This document shows, one piece after another, positions 18,217-26,567 of a DNA stretch of 64,000 bases (its first letter is position 1; the number at the start of each line of letters is the position of its first letter). The stretch is from contig CAYTKI010000010.1 in NCBI GenBank assembly GCA_964438385.1, positions 71,530 through 135,529 of the forward strand, in the 5' to 3' direction. The notes beneath the pieces were generated by a model that did not search any database, was not told the origin of the DNA, and was given only the letters and a program-made list of their open reading frames with translations. The position numbers and the translations under genes are program-made. The DNA is from an uncultured Methanosarcinales archaeon (lineage in GTDB: Archaea; Nanobdellota; Nanobdellia; Woesearchaeales; GW2011-AR4).

Positions 18217-19241
18217 GCTGTAGTTCCCCCATGCTTCTTTTGGAGGCCTTTTAGCGCCTCATCAAAATTATGCAATAATGCGGGATTCTGTGGATGCTTC
18301 TTCAGGACATCTTCCAGTACTTTCTTTGCTTCGGCGTATTTTCCAATCGAGAGGTAAACCGCTGCAAGGTTGTTTGCTGGAGATGGGTTGTCCGGATGCA
18401 GCTCCATGCTCTTTCTAAAGCAATCAAGCGCATCTTCATTTCTGCCCTTCTTCAGATGGAGCTTGGCAATTTCTGAGAAAACCAGCTTATATCGGGGATT
18501 GAGAACTGCAGTCTCCTGAAAATGCCGGAGTGCCTTTTCGATATTCCCTTCACCAAGTGAGGCACGGGCCATCTGGTAGGCATACCTTGGAATTTTTGGA
18601 TGCTCTGCATACTGTTTCTCGATCAGAGTGGTGTAATACCTGGCCTTTTGCTGCACCATCTCCTTTTCCTTTACCGATCCGAAATGATGGATGATGCAGC
18701 CGCTCTTAGCGATTTTTTTGCCCTTTCCCCCTATGGAATCCTCAACGAGCTCATGCACCCGATGCCTGAATGTAATTCCTTGGTGATTCTGAAACAGCCG
18801 CACTATGTTATTTGGGACATAGAAGGGATATGACGAGACAGGGGCAAACGATGAGTTATTCTTCACCGCACCTGCTTCAAACGAGAGCACATACGAGCGC
18901 TGCTCTAGCGAAAAGCCAATCACCTCATGTGGAACATTGCCCATCAACTCCTTTATTTTTTTGCAGTCCTCAACGCTAAGGATTTCATCCGCATCAAGGA
19001 CAAGGATCCAATCTTTTGTCGCATGCGATAAGCTCTCATTGCGTGCGGCGCTGAAATCATCGGTCCACTCGAAAGGAAAAACATTTCCCCCAAAACCCTG
19101 TGCGATTTTTATGCTTTCATCAGAGCTTCCCGTATCTACAATAATTATCTGATCCGCTATACTCTTTACAGACTCAAGGCAGTCACTTAGGAATTTCCCT
19201 TCATTCTTGATTATCATGCACAATGAGAGAGAATTCGCCAT
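18213..19241 (-). CDS. family-2 glycosyltransferase with C-terminal TPR repeats
   Basis: CMIIKNEG ... IIIVDTGSSD ... VLDADE motifs (GT-A fold, DxD) followed by TPR-like repeats. Paralogous to 37516..38805. Confidence 0.75.
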   Translation of the reverse strand: MANSLSLCMIIKNEGKFLSDCLESVKSIADQIIIVDTGSSDESIKIAQGFGGNVFPFEWTDDFSAARNESLSHATKDWILVLDADEILSVEDCKKIKELMGNVPHEVIGFSLEQRSYVLSFEAGAVKNNSSFAPVSSYPFYVPNNIVRLFQNHQGITFRHRVHELVEDSIGGKGKKIAKSGCIIHHFGSVKEKEMVQQKARYYTTLIEKQYAEHPKIPRYAYQMARASLGEGNIEKALRHFQETAVLNPRYKLVFSEIAKLHLKKGRNEDALDCFRKSMELHPDNPSPANNLAAVYLSIGKYAEAKKVLEDVLKKHPQNPALLHNFDEALKGLQKKHGGTTA

Positions 19242-19344
19242 GGTTGTTCCAGTTCTAAAGCGTATCATTTTACTCTTATAAATTTACCTGTGAGGAATTC
19301 AAAGAACGCAATAATTTAAATAATCATGCAACTCAGCCCACTCC

Positions 19345-20007
19345 ATGGTAGACATCCCTGCGCTTGATGGTGCTGATTATGGGGGAATGCAGGATTTCCA
19401 TGTAGATTTCACAACTCTTCTTCGGGCAGGCATTGGGCTTGATAGGGCATATGGGCTTGGCAGGCAGAATACGGATATCTCGATTCCCAAGTTCAGGAAA
19501 ACACTGACGCTGTTCAACAGGAAATATAGGGATCTCTCACTTTTGCTCAAGCGAAAACCTTCTTCTTTGGATGTGCAAATCGCCTTTTTAGGGGAAGAGA
19601 GCATGCAGACGCTTTTTGCAAGCTCCGTTTCCCGCATCAAGGGGCTATCCGCAATCGGGCTCAAAGGGTTTGACGAGGTCCAAATAAGCGAGCAGGACAA
19701 GATGGAGAAAACTCTTTCCAGGATGGGCAAGCGCGCCTATATTACCTATACTGACACGGAGCTGGGAAGCAGCCGGCTCATGATAGAGAGGCATGGCAAG
19801 CACTTCCTCCTGGTGTGCGAGAGAAAAAACATCCTACTCAGGAACTCTCCCGAATTCCGCCTCTGCGCGTATTATGCCCTGCGCCACCCCTACAATGGGA
19901 AAGTGGATGTCATGAGCCATGCGGCGGGCTTTGGCTTCTCGGAATCCATCACCGCAGAGCACCGCGACATCCTTGATGAGATTGAGCCGTTCTCGAGGAT
20001 AAACTAA
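19345..20007 (+). CDS. hypothetical protein
   Basis: 220-aa ORF with no recognisable motif. Confidence 0.4.
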   Translation: MVDIPALDGADYGGMQDFHVDFTTLLRAGIGLDRAYGLGRQNTDISIPKFRKTLTLFNRKYRDLSLLLKRKPSSLDVQIAFLGEESMQTLFASSVSRIKGLSAIGLKGFDEVQISEQDKMEKTLSRMGKRAYITYTDTELGSSRLMIERHGKHFLLVCERKNILLRNSPEFRLCAYYALRHPYNGKVDVMSHAAGFGFSESITAEHRDILDEIEPFSRIN

Positions 20008-20051
20008 TACCTTTCTTCAGGTTCTTTCGGCAACATCAAAACCTACAGAGT

Positions 20052-21410
20052 TTACCCAATCCCCGGAAACTTTCCTTTCAATTGCTTCATCATGGCGTTC
20101 ATGTCCCCTGATTTTCCGCCCTTGAGCATCTTTGCCATCTTCTTGCCCTGCTTGTGCTGCTTGAGAAGGTCCCTAATCGAGGAGCCATCAATCCCAGACC
20201 CTTTGGCTATGCGCTCGATTCTTGCCGAATCGACAAGTTCCGGATCCTCAAGCTCCGCCTGGGTCATGCTCTGCATCGCGATCTTCCACTTCTTCAGGTT
20301 TTTCTCCTGCCCCTCAAGCACTTCCTTGGGCAGCTTGAATTGCGAAAAGCCGGGAATCATCTCGACAATTTTGGAGAGGGGTCCCATTTTTCCCATGGCC
20401 TCCATCTGCTCATAAAGATCAAGGAGATTGAACTCTCCTTTGAGAAATTTCTTGCCAAGGTCCTCAGCATCTTCCTGGCTGATGGCTTCTTTGGTTTTCT
20501 CAAGAAGGGCTTCGAGATCCCCCATTCCAAGTAATCTCCCGACAAATCCCTGTGGGTTGAACTGCTCTAAATCTTCGCTCTTCTCCCCCACGCCGAGGAA
20601 CACGATGGGCGCTCCGGACACCGCGCATGCGCTCAATGCCCCGCCGCCGCGCGCAGTGCCGTCCATCTTTGTGACGATGACTCCGGTAATTGCGCAGCTC
20701 GCATGGAACTGCTCTGCCTGCTTTTGCGCGGCCTGCCCGATATCGCCGGAGATGATGAGTAATCGTTCTTGCGGCCTGATCTCCTCGTTGATTTTTTCAA
20801 TCTCCTCGATGAGTCCCGTTGATAATGCGTCTCTTCCGGCAGTGTCCACAATCAGCACATCATAATTCTTATACTCGTCACTGAATTGGCGATACACCTT
20901 AAGTGGGTCTTTTTCTAATTTGTTGAGAAACACCTTTACCCCGTTTTGGTTTCCAATCTGCTCGATTTGATCCATCGCAGCAGGGCGGTGGACATCAAGG
21001 CCAAGCAGTGCGACCTTATGGCCGCGCTTTGCATAATACTTCGCTAATTTGCCCGTTGTTGTGGTCTTTCCAGACCCGAAGAGTCCAAGAAGCATGATGG
21101 TGTAGGGCTTGCGCTTTGTATCAATCTCAATAGTCTTCTTTTCTTTCCCTAAGAACGCAACAAGCTCCCCATAGACGATGTTGATGAGCTGCTCCTTTTT
21201 GGTGAGCCCCTTGGCAGCATCTTCCTTCAGTGCCCTTTCCTTTATCCGATTCGTCAGCTCAAGGACCAGCCTCACATTCACATCCGCCAAAAGCAGCGCC
21301 TTCTGGATGTCCTTGATGAGCTCATTGATCAGTTTCTGGTCAACAAAGAGGCTGCCCGCTATTTTGGAGAGCGTGCTCTTGAGGGAATCACCGAGCTTGT
21401 CCAGCACCAT
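20052..21410 (-). CDS. srp54: signal recognition particle protein SRP54 (Ffh)
   Basis: N domain, G domain with GLFGSGKTTT, DTAGR and TKMDG motifs, and a Met-rich M domain. Start trimmed to MVLDKLGDSLK. Confidence 0.9.
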   Translation of the reverse strand: MVLDKLGDSLKSTLSKIAGSLFVDQKLINELIKDIQKALLLADVNVRLVLELTNRIKERALKEDAAKGLTKKEQLINIVYGELVAFLGKEKKTIEIDTKRKPYTIMLLGLFGSGKTTTTGKLAKYYAKRGHKVALLGLDVHRPAAMDQIEQIGNQNGVKVFLNKLEKDPLKVYRQFSDEYKNYDVLIVDTAGRDALSTGLIEEIEKINEEIRPQERLLIISGDIGQAAQKQAEQFHASCAITGVIVTKMDGTARGGGALSACAVSGAPIVFLGVGEKSEDLEQFNPQGFVGRLLGMGDLEALLEKTKEAISQEDAEDLGKKFLKGEFNLLDLYEQMEAMGKMGPLSKIVEMIPGFSQFKLPKEVLEGQEKNLKKWKIAMQSMTQAELEDPELVDSARIERIAKGSGIDGSSIRDLLKQHKQGKKMAKMLKGGKSGDMNAMMKQLKGKFPGIG

Positions 21411-21481
21411 GGGTGTTAAGAACCAATGGCAATTTAAAAAGATTTGGTGAAACAAGGAATTATCTCTATATCCGATTTATC

Positions 21482-21718
21482 CAACCGACATCTGACCTGC
21501 TCTGTCCAGAATGAAGGCAGCGCCTTCTTTTGTGAGCGGCAAATCGATTGCGACAACCAATGGGGAGGGTGATGCCCAGAGCAGAGCGATGGGCACCGGA
21601 AACTTGTTTCCAAGTGCCCCTTACGGGGAGGCGCCGCATTTCTGTTGCAACATCTATGAGCGAACCCGGCGCTACCCGAGCCAAAGGCGAGATTCGGGAC
21701 AGAGCACATCTGACCAAA
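21482..21718. ncRNA. candidate structured non-coding RNA (possible SRP/7S RNA) in the srp54 upstream intergenic region
   Basis: A ~240-nt GC-rich segment flanked by AT-rich promoter-like DNA, with open frames on both strands (ORF-track entries in 4 of 6 frames, typical of structured RNA). Dense self-complementarity: a terminal 10-bp inverted repeat (CTGCTCTGTCC...GGACAGAGCA), a GGAAA-CUUG-UUUCC hairpin, CCCC-UUAC-GGGG, GGTG..GCCCA[GAGCAGAGCGA]TGGGC..CACC, and a GAGCAGGUCA motif on the minus strand. Confidence 0.3.
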
Positions 21719-21753
21719 AAGTATAAAAAGGATATTTTTAAGAAAGATTAACA

Positions 21754-22038
21754 ATGCCTCTCCCAAAAGACAACAAGGGTTGCGGGTGCCTCATAAGCCA
21801 TGCAGTCATCGATCTCGAGAAGGAAAGGAGAAAAAACCTGGCCCGGCTAAGTGCAATTGAATCAAAGCTGAAATCCTCCAAATCCCAATCGGTTGCAATA
21901 CAGCTAAAAGGGGAGCGGAAGCAGATTATATCACTCCTCAGGAAAACTGGCGAGAATAAGGCCCAGATGAAGCAGCGCTTTGATCATTTTGTCCAAAAAA
22001 GCGGATATGTCCCCCCAGCAAGGAAAGGAATCGCATGA
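21754..22038 (+). CDS. hypothetical small protein
   Basis: 94-aa ORF with a CGC motif near the N-terminus, translationally coupled to the next ORF (ATGA). Confidence 0.4.
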   Translation: MPLPKDNKGCGCLISHAVIDLEKERRKNLARLSAIESKLKSSKSQSVAIQLKGERKQIISLLRKTGENKAQMKQRFDHFVQKSGYVPPARKGIA

Positions 22039-22376
22039 AAACGGCTTCCCACGAACTCAAAAAGACGCTTGATGACTTTTTTGGGATAATTATCTCTGTG
22101 GTTTCTGAAGACACCTCTGATAGCTATGCGCTTATGGTAATGGAAAAATTCAACAAGAAGAACGAGAAGGATTTCCCATTCCTTAGGTACGTCCGCACAC
22201 GGCGGGGAAAAATAGAAATTAGGGACAAGATAAATGGGGTCTCCCCGAAATTTGTCGCTAAATACGTCAAAAAACTCATGGACGGCCCTTTTTCAGATTT
22301 ATTCCGGCATTTGGTGCGAAAAAAACTAAGCGTCGGCTTGTATGAGGATCTAAAACGGCTTGGGGTTGATTTCTGA
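22035..22376 (+). CDS. hypothetical small protein
   Basis: 113-aa ORF overlapping the previous stop, immediately upstream of the FIST gene. Confidence 0.4.
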   Translation: MKTASHELKKTLDDFFGIIISVVSEDTSDSYALMVMEKFNKKNEKDFPFLRYVRTRRGKIEIRDKINGVSPKFVAKYVKKLMDGPFSDLFRHLVRKKLSVGLYEDLKRLGVDF

Positions 22377-22393
22377 TTGGACTTGATTTAAAA

Positions 22394-23575
22394 TTGGGAA
22401 TAGGGACAAGTGTCTTAAGGGATTCATATGACGCGGGTGCAGATGCGGTAGAGAAGGCGCTCAAACAGCTTGGGAATAAAAATGCGGATGCCTTCCTTGT
22501 CTTCGCAGCTCCTGCCTTTGATCAGAAAAAAATGATGAAGGGCGTGGTCTCGGTTTCAAAAAAGATCCCTCTAATCGGAGGAACGACTGCGGGGGAGATA
22601 TCTCCAAAAGGATTGAGCGTGAACTCTGTTGTTGCCCTCGCCCTCTCTTCAAAAGACATCCGGTTTCATGTAGGAATGGGGGAAAATATCAGCAGAAACG
22701 AGCTGAAGGCAGGAGAGCAGCTTGCAAGAAGCGCTCTTAAGGGAACCTCACTTAAAGACGCAAAAACCCTCTTGATGTTCCCAGATGGATTAGCAGGGGA
22801 TGGTGTAAGGATTGTTGAAGGCGCAAAAAAAGTGCTTGGCGATAATTTTGAGATTGTAGGGGGGGCTCTAGGGGATGAGGCGGATTTCAAGCAGACCTAC
22901 CAGTATTACAACGGCAAGGTCTATCAGGATGTTGTCGTTGGCATGCTCGTCAGCAGCAAAAAATCCCTAAAAACTTCAACAGGAGTGATGAGCGGATGGG
23001 AGCCGATTGGGAGCATCCTTACCTGCACAAAGGCGAAAGCGAACAAGGTGTATGAGTTTAATGGCAAGAAGGCGTTGGACGTGTACCGCGAACTTCTCGG
23101 AAAAGAGAGGGGACAAAAACTGCCGGCGATTGGGCTCGAGTATCCGATGGGGCTGATTGATGAGCGGGCAGTTGGGTCGGACTATTTCCAGATTCGCGCC
23201 CCGCTTTCTATAGATGAGAAAGAAGGCAGCGTCACTTTTGCAGCCGCAATTCCGGAGGGAAAGAGGGTAACACTTACGTATTCCTCGCGATCAACAGTCA
23301 TCAATGGCTCAAAGCGCGCAGCGATGCAGGCAAAAGAGATCCTGAAGGGAGATCCAAAGCTTATCCTCATGTTCAGCTGTGTTGCGCGAAAAATGGTCCT
23401 TGGAAGGAGGACAGATGAGGAAATCAATGCGGTAAAGCAGGTTTTTGGGATCGAAGTCCCCATTTTCGGCTTTTATACCTATGGTGAAATTGGCCCCATC
23501 GATAAGCGCTTCCCAACCCTTAAAAGCACGAGATGGCACAATGAGACAGTTGTGATTTATGCTATTGGGGCATGA
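22394..23575 (+). CDS. FIST-domain sensory protein (FIST N and FIST C)
   Basis: About 390 aa with the FIST C-terminal signature FGFYTYGEIGP. Confidence 0.7.
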   Translation: MGIGTSVLRDSYDAGADAVEKALKQLGNKNADAFLVFAAPAFDQKKMMKGVVSVSKKIPLIGGTTAGEISPKGLSVNSVVALALSSKDIRFHVGMGENISRNELKAGEQLARSALKGTSLKDAKTLLMFPDGLAGDGVRIVEGAKKVLGDNFEIVGGALGDEADFKQTYQYYNGKVYQDVVVGMLVSSKKSLKTSTGVMSGWEPIGSILTCTKAKANKVYEFNGKKALDVYRELLGKERGQKLPAIGLEYPMGLIDERAVGSDYFQIRAPLSIDEKEGSVTFAAAIPEGKRVTLTYSSRSTVINGSKRAAMQAKEILKGDPKLILMFSCVARKMVLGRRTDEEINAVKQVFGIEVPIFGFYTYGEIGPIDKRFPTLKSTRWHNETVVIYAIGA

Positions 23576-23627
23576 ATCCAAAAAAGCTCGAATGATGAAT
23601 ACCGCAGACAAGGAGGATAAGTAAAAA

Positions 23628-23927
23628 ATGGTTGCTTTTGTGTTTGACCCCACGGAATTCGCAAGTCTCCTGGTTTCTATTATTGGCATGAGCTATCTCC
23701 TCTATGCTTATTTTTACAAAAAAAAGAAATATGAGGAGGAGAGCAATTTTTCCTTGGGAATATTTTTATGTGTCGTGGCTTTTGTCTTCCTCAACCGGAT
23801 ATTCACCAATGTAGAGGCAATTGCCTATAAGGAGCTATTCAATCTCCTAGAACATTTGGCCATGCTTTTATCTGGGCTCTTCGCAATCGCATTGGCATGG
23901 GGAGGGATGCGCCATGGCATTCGTTAG
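23628..23927 (+). CDS. small integral membrane protein (3 predicted transmembrane helices)
   Basis: 99-aa hydrophobic ORF that overlaps the next ORF. Confidence 0.45.
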   Translation: MVAFVFDPTEFASLLVSIIGMSYLLYAYFYKKKKYEEESNFSLGIFLCVVAFVFLNRIFTNVEAIAYKELFNLLEHLAMLLSGLFAIALAWGGMRHGIR

Positions 23928-24192
23928 CACTTCATTCATCGTCGGGATAGATATCATTGCGGCAGCTGGATTTCTCATAGCCGTTGCGCTCTCGCTTCTC
24001 TCCTACAAAAAGACCATGGGTGAGAGCAACATGTGGCTCATCATCAGCATGCTATTCACTTTCATATTGATTGTAAACGTTTCAAATGTCCTCGAGTGGG
24101 CAAGCATTACCTCCGCCCTCGACCAGGCCGAGGATTTTCTCATCATCCTTGCATTTCTTGGCTGGGGTTATGCAGTCCATGAGATGAAATGA
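23914..24192 (+). CDS. small integral membrane protein (3 predicted transmembrane helices), paralogue of the previous
   Basis: 92-aa hydrophobic ORF with a similar C-terminal W..G..H pattern. Confidence 0.45.
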   Translation: MAFVSTSFIVGIDIIAAAGFLIAVALSLLSYKKTMGESNMWLIISMLFTFILIVNVSNVLEWASITSALDQAEDFLIILAFLGWGYAVHEMK

Positions 24193-24204
24193 GCGGAGTG
24201 ATGC

Positions 24205-25710
24205 ATGCGCTCAACACCTCTCAATGCCACTCTCATCGGCTTGTTCGTTTCTATATCCGTTGCCATTTTGATGGGCTTTGTCATCCAGGCCCAACTTGAG
24301 AAGCTCCACCTTAGTGAAATTACCTCTTCCCTTCAGAAGTCCATTGATGCGAAAATCCCCCAGGCGGCGGGCAGTGAGGCGACACTCAGCAACGCTTCGT
24401 TTGATGAGCTGCACCTCATTGACCCCCTCATTGTCGGGATGCTCCTCATCAATGGGTCAGGGACCATCATCCATTCCTATGAACCTTCGCTTCTGGGAAA
24501 GCAGTTCTCCGATCAGTCAAGAATAAAAAAAGCGCTTGAGATTGGCAGCTATTATGCGATTGATAGGAACCTCATTTCCCAGGAGACTCGCCCAAAAGAG
24601 GAGTATAAGGCCCTCATGATCCACTATTATCACCGGCCAGGCGCTGATTACGTCTTCCAGATACTCTATGACCTAAGCCCTCTCCAGGAAAAGTTCGGAT
24701 GGGTAATCTCATTGATTTGGTTCACCATCCTCTTCAGTGTTGGCGTATTGTTTGCTGCGCTTCTCCTCATCTCAAAGCTCCTCCAGCGGACATTGCAGCT
24801 GGCAAAGGATGCGCTTGAGGCGGAAGTGAGAAGCCGGACGAAGGAGCTTGAGGAATTGAGCACGAGCCTTGAAAAGCAGGTGAAGGGAAGAACCACTGAA
24901 CTGGAAGCGACCAATAAGACGCTCCTTGAAAAATCCATTTCCCTCAACGAGACCAAGGGGCAGCTTGAGGACAAGAATTTTGAGCTTGAGCAGGCGAACG
25001 AGGAGATTGTGCGGCTCCTCAAGGCAAAGAATGACTTTGTCAATAGGTCGGCCCATGACCTAAGAACGCCAATCACCCCCATCCTTGCCCTTCTCCCTTC
25101 AATCAGGATGAGGATAAAAGATCAGGCAATCTTGCACGATTTGGCGATTGTCGAGAAGAACGCCCATTACCTCAAGCTTCTTGCCGATGACCTCATAATC
25201 CTAATAAAGTCCAGTAAAAAAACAAGTTCCTATACATTCAAGAAAAGAGACATCAAAAAAATTCTTGAGCAGGTTCTCAGCGTCAACCGCCAGCTCTTTT
25301 CCAATAGGCGCATACGCGTTGAGAAACATTTCCAGAAAAACCTCCCATTGGCGGAGATTGACGAGCTAAGGATGGAAGAGGTGCTCCAAAATATTATATC
25401 CAATGCGGCGAAATTCATGCCGAATGGAGGGATATTGAAGGCATCCATCAGCAAAACAGAAAATCTTTTAAACGTCCGCATTCAGGATTCAGGCATAGGG
25501 ATGAGCCAGGACACGCAAAAGAAATTATTTCAGGAGTTTTTCAAGGCAGACACTTCCCGTCACAACGAGGGAAGCGGTCTCGGTCTTGCTATTTCAAAGG
25601 AAATCATCAAAAACCATAACGGAGAGATGTGGGCCGAGAGCAAGGGCATGGGGAAGGGAAGCGCCATGTGCTTTAAAATACCACTTCGGCAAAAAGGAGA
25701 AGAGAAATGA
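24205..25710 (+). CDS. sensor histidine kinase (two transmembrane helices, extracytoplasmic sensor, coiled coil, HisKA, HATPase_c)
   Basis: H-box SAHDLRTPIT, N-box NIISNAAKF, and G-boxes DSGIGM and GSGLGLAIS. Confidence 0.85.
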   Translation: MRSTPLNATLIGLFVSISVAILMGFVIQAQLEKLHLSEITSSLQKSIDAKIPQAAGSEATLSNASFDELHLIDPLIVGMLLINGSGTIIHSYEPSLLGKQFSDQSRIKKALEIGSYYAIDRNLISQETRPKEEYKALMIHYYHRPGADYVFQILYDLSPLQEKFGWVISLIWFTILFSVGVLFAALLLISKLLQRTLQLAKDALEAEVRSRTKELEELSTSLEKQVKGRTTELEATNKTLLEKSISLNETKGQLEDKNFELEQANEEIVRLLKAKNDFVNRSAHDLRTPITPILALLPSIRMRIKDQAILHDLAIVEKNAHYLKLLADDLIILIKSSKKTSSYTFKKRDIKKILEQVLSVNRQLFSNRRIRVEKHFQKNLPLAEIDELRMEEVLQNIISNAAKFMPNGGILKASISKTENLLNVRIQDSGIGMSQDTQKKLFQEFFKADTSRHNEGSGLGLAISKEIIKNHNGEMWAESKGMGKGSAMCFKIPLRQKGEEK

Positions 25711-26096
25711 AAAAAAAGAAAATAATCCTCGCTGTTGATGACAATCCTGATCTGGTCTATAGCGTGAAAGTGGGCCTCGAAGCGCTCAGCAAAGACTATA
25801 AAGTCATTACTGCGCAAAGCGGCAGGAAATGCCTTCAGATTCTTGAAAAATCCCATCCCGACATCATTCTTCTTGATATCATGATGCCTCAGATGGACGG
25901 TTGGGATACATGCGCCAAGATTAAGGACAACAAAAAGACAGAGAACATCCCTATAGTTTTTCTCACGGCAAAGACGGACCCCGTGAGCACGACGATGGGA
26001 AAGCTTGCATCTGCGGACTATATCACAAAGCCCTTTGAGATTTCAGATCTCAAAAAGAGGATTGATTCTGTTCTAAAGGCCAAGGATAAAAAATGA
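25707..26096 (+). CDS. single-domain response regulator (CheY-like receiver)
   Basis: ILAVDDNPD ... ILLDIMMPQMDGW ... FLTAK receiver motifs. Overlaps the histidine kinase stop. Confidence 0.85.
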   Translation: MKKKKIILAVDDNPDLVYSVKVGLEALSKDYKVITAQSGRKCLQILEKSHPDIILLDIMMPQMDGWDTCAKIKDNKKTENIPIVFLTAKTDPVSTTMGKLASADYITKPFEISDLKKRIDSVLKAKDKK

Positions 26097-26109
26097 GGAA
26101 GGCATTTCA

Positions 26110-26514
26110 ATGAATTGGAAAAAGAGATTGGCTTTCACGATTTTCCTTCTCTTCTTGCTGCCATTTCAAGTATCTGCTGAAATACCGCAAATCGAATCAT
26201 TTCAGGACATGAAGGGAATCGGGCTTGCTCTTCACGCTATCGAAATCGCCCTTGCCATTTTTATTGCCTACATGGCCCTAAATTTTTTCAGGATTACGCG
26301 GCCCGTGAATCTTTTCTTTTTCCTGTATGTGGGGGTTGGCTTCTTTATCATAAGCTCCCTCATGTATGTGCTTTTCTACTACTCATTGGGAACGCAAAGG
26401 GAAATCTCAATCATCTCAGTCTATTTTGCAGAAAGGGTATCCCTGATAGGTATGCTTATATCATTCCTTGTCCTTTTTTACCAATGGAATAAGATGATGA
26501 AGCAGCAGCAATAA
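26110..26514 (+). CDS. membrane protein with signal peptide and 3 transmembrane helices
   Basis: Hydrophobicity pattern only. Confidence 0.4.
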   Translation: MNWKKRLAFTIFLLFLLPFQVSAEIPQIESFQDMKGIGLALHAIEIALAIFIAYMALNFFRITRPVNLFFFLYVGVGFFIISSLMYVLFYYSLGTQREISIISVYFAERVSLIGMLISFLVLFYQWNKMMKQQQ

Positions 26515-26567
26515 AATTTACCAATTCAGGTTTGAATGGCTATACGTTCTGAAATCCCGCAGGTAAA

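Noticed and set aside
20052-21455. N-terminal extensions given by the ORF track for srp54 (first 15 aa), parA (first 30 aa), the 16103..16534 wHTH (first 52 aa), the 13985..14656 kinase (first 41 aa) and rpl44e (first 30 aa).
   Set aside because: The conserved N-terminal motifs (Walker A, MVLDKLGD, MKLPKTIMRYCPYC) begin at internal Met codons. The upstream residues are non-homologous read-through, so starts were trimmed.
21434-21766. Four overlapping ORFs (21434..21766-, 21466..21717-, 21511..21726+, 21548..21751+) in the srp54 upstream region.
   Set aside because: The region is open in multiple frames on both strands, is GC-rich and is densely self-complementary. This is more consistent with structured RNA than with protein coding, and none shows a protein-like motif.
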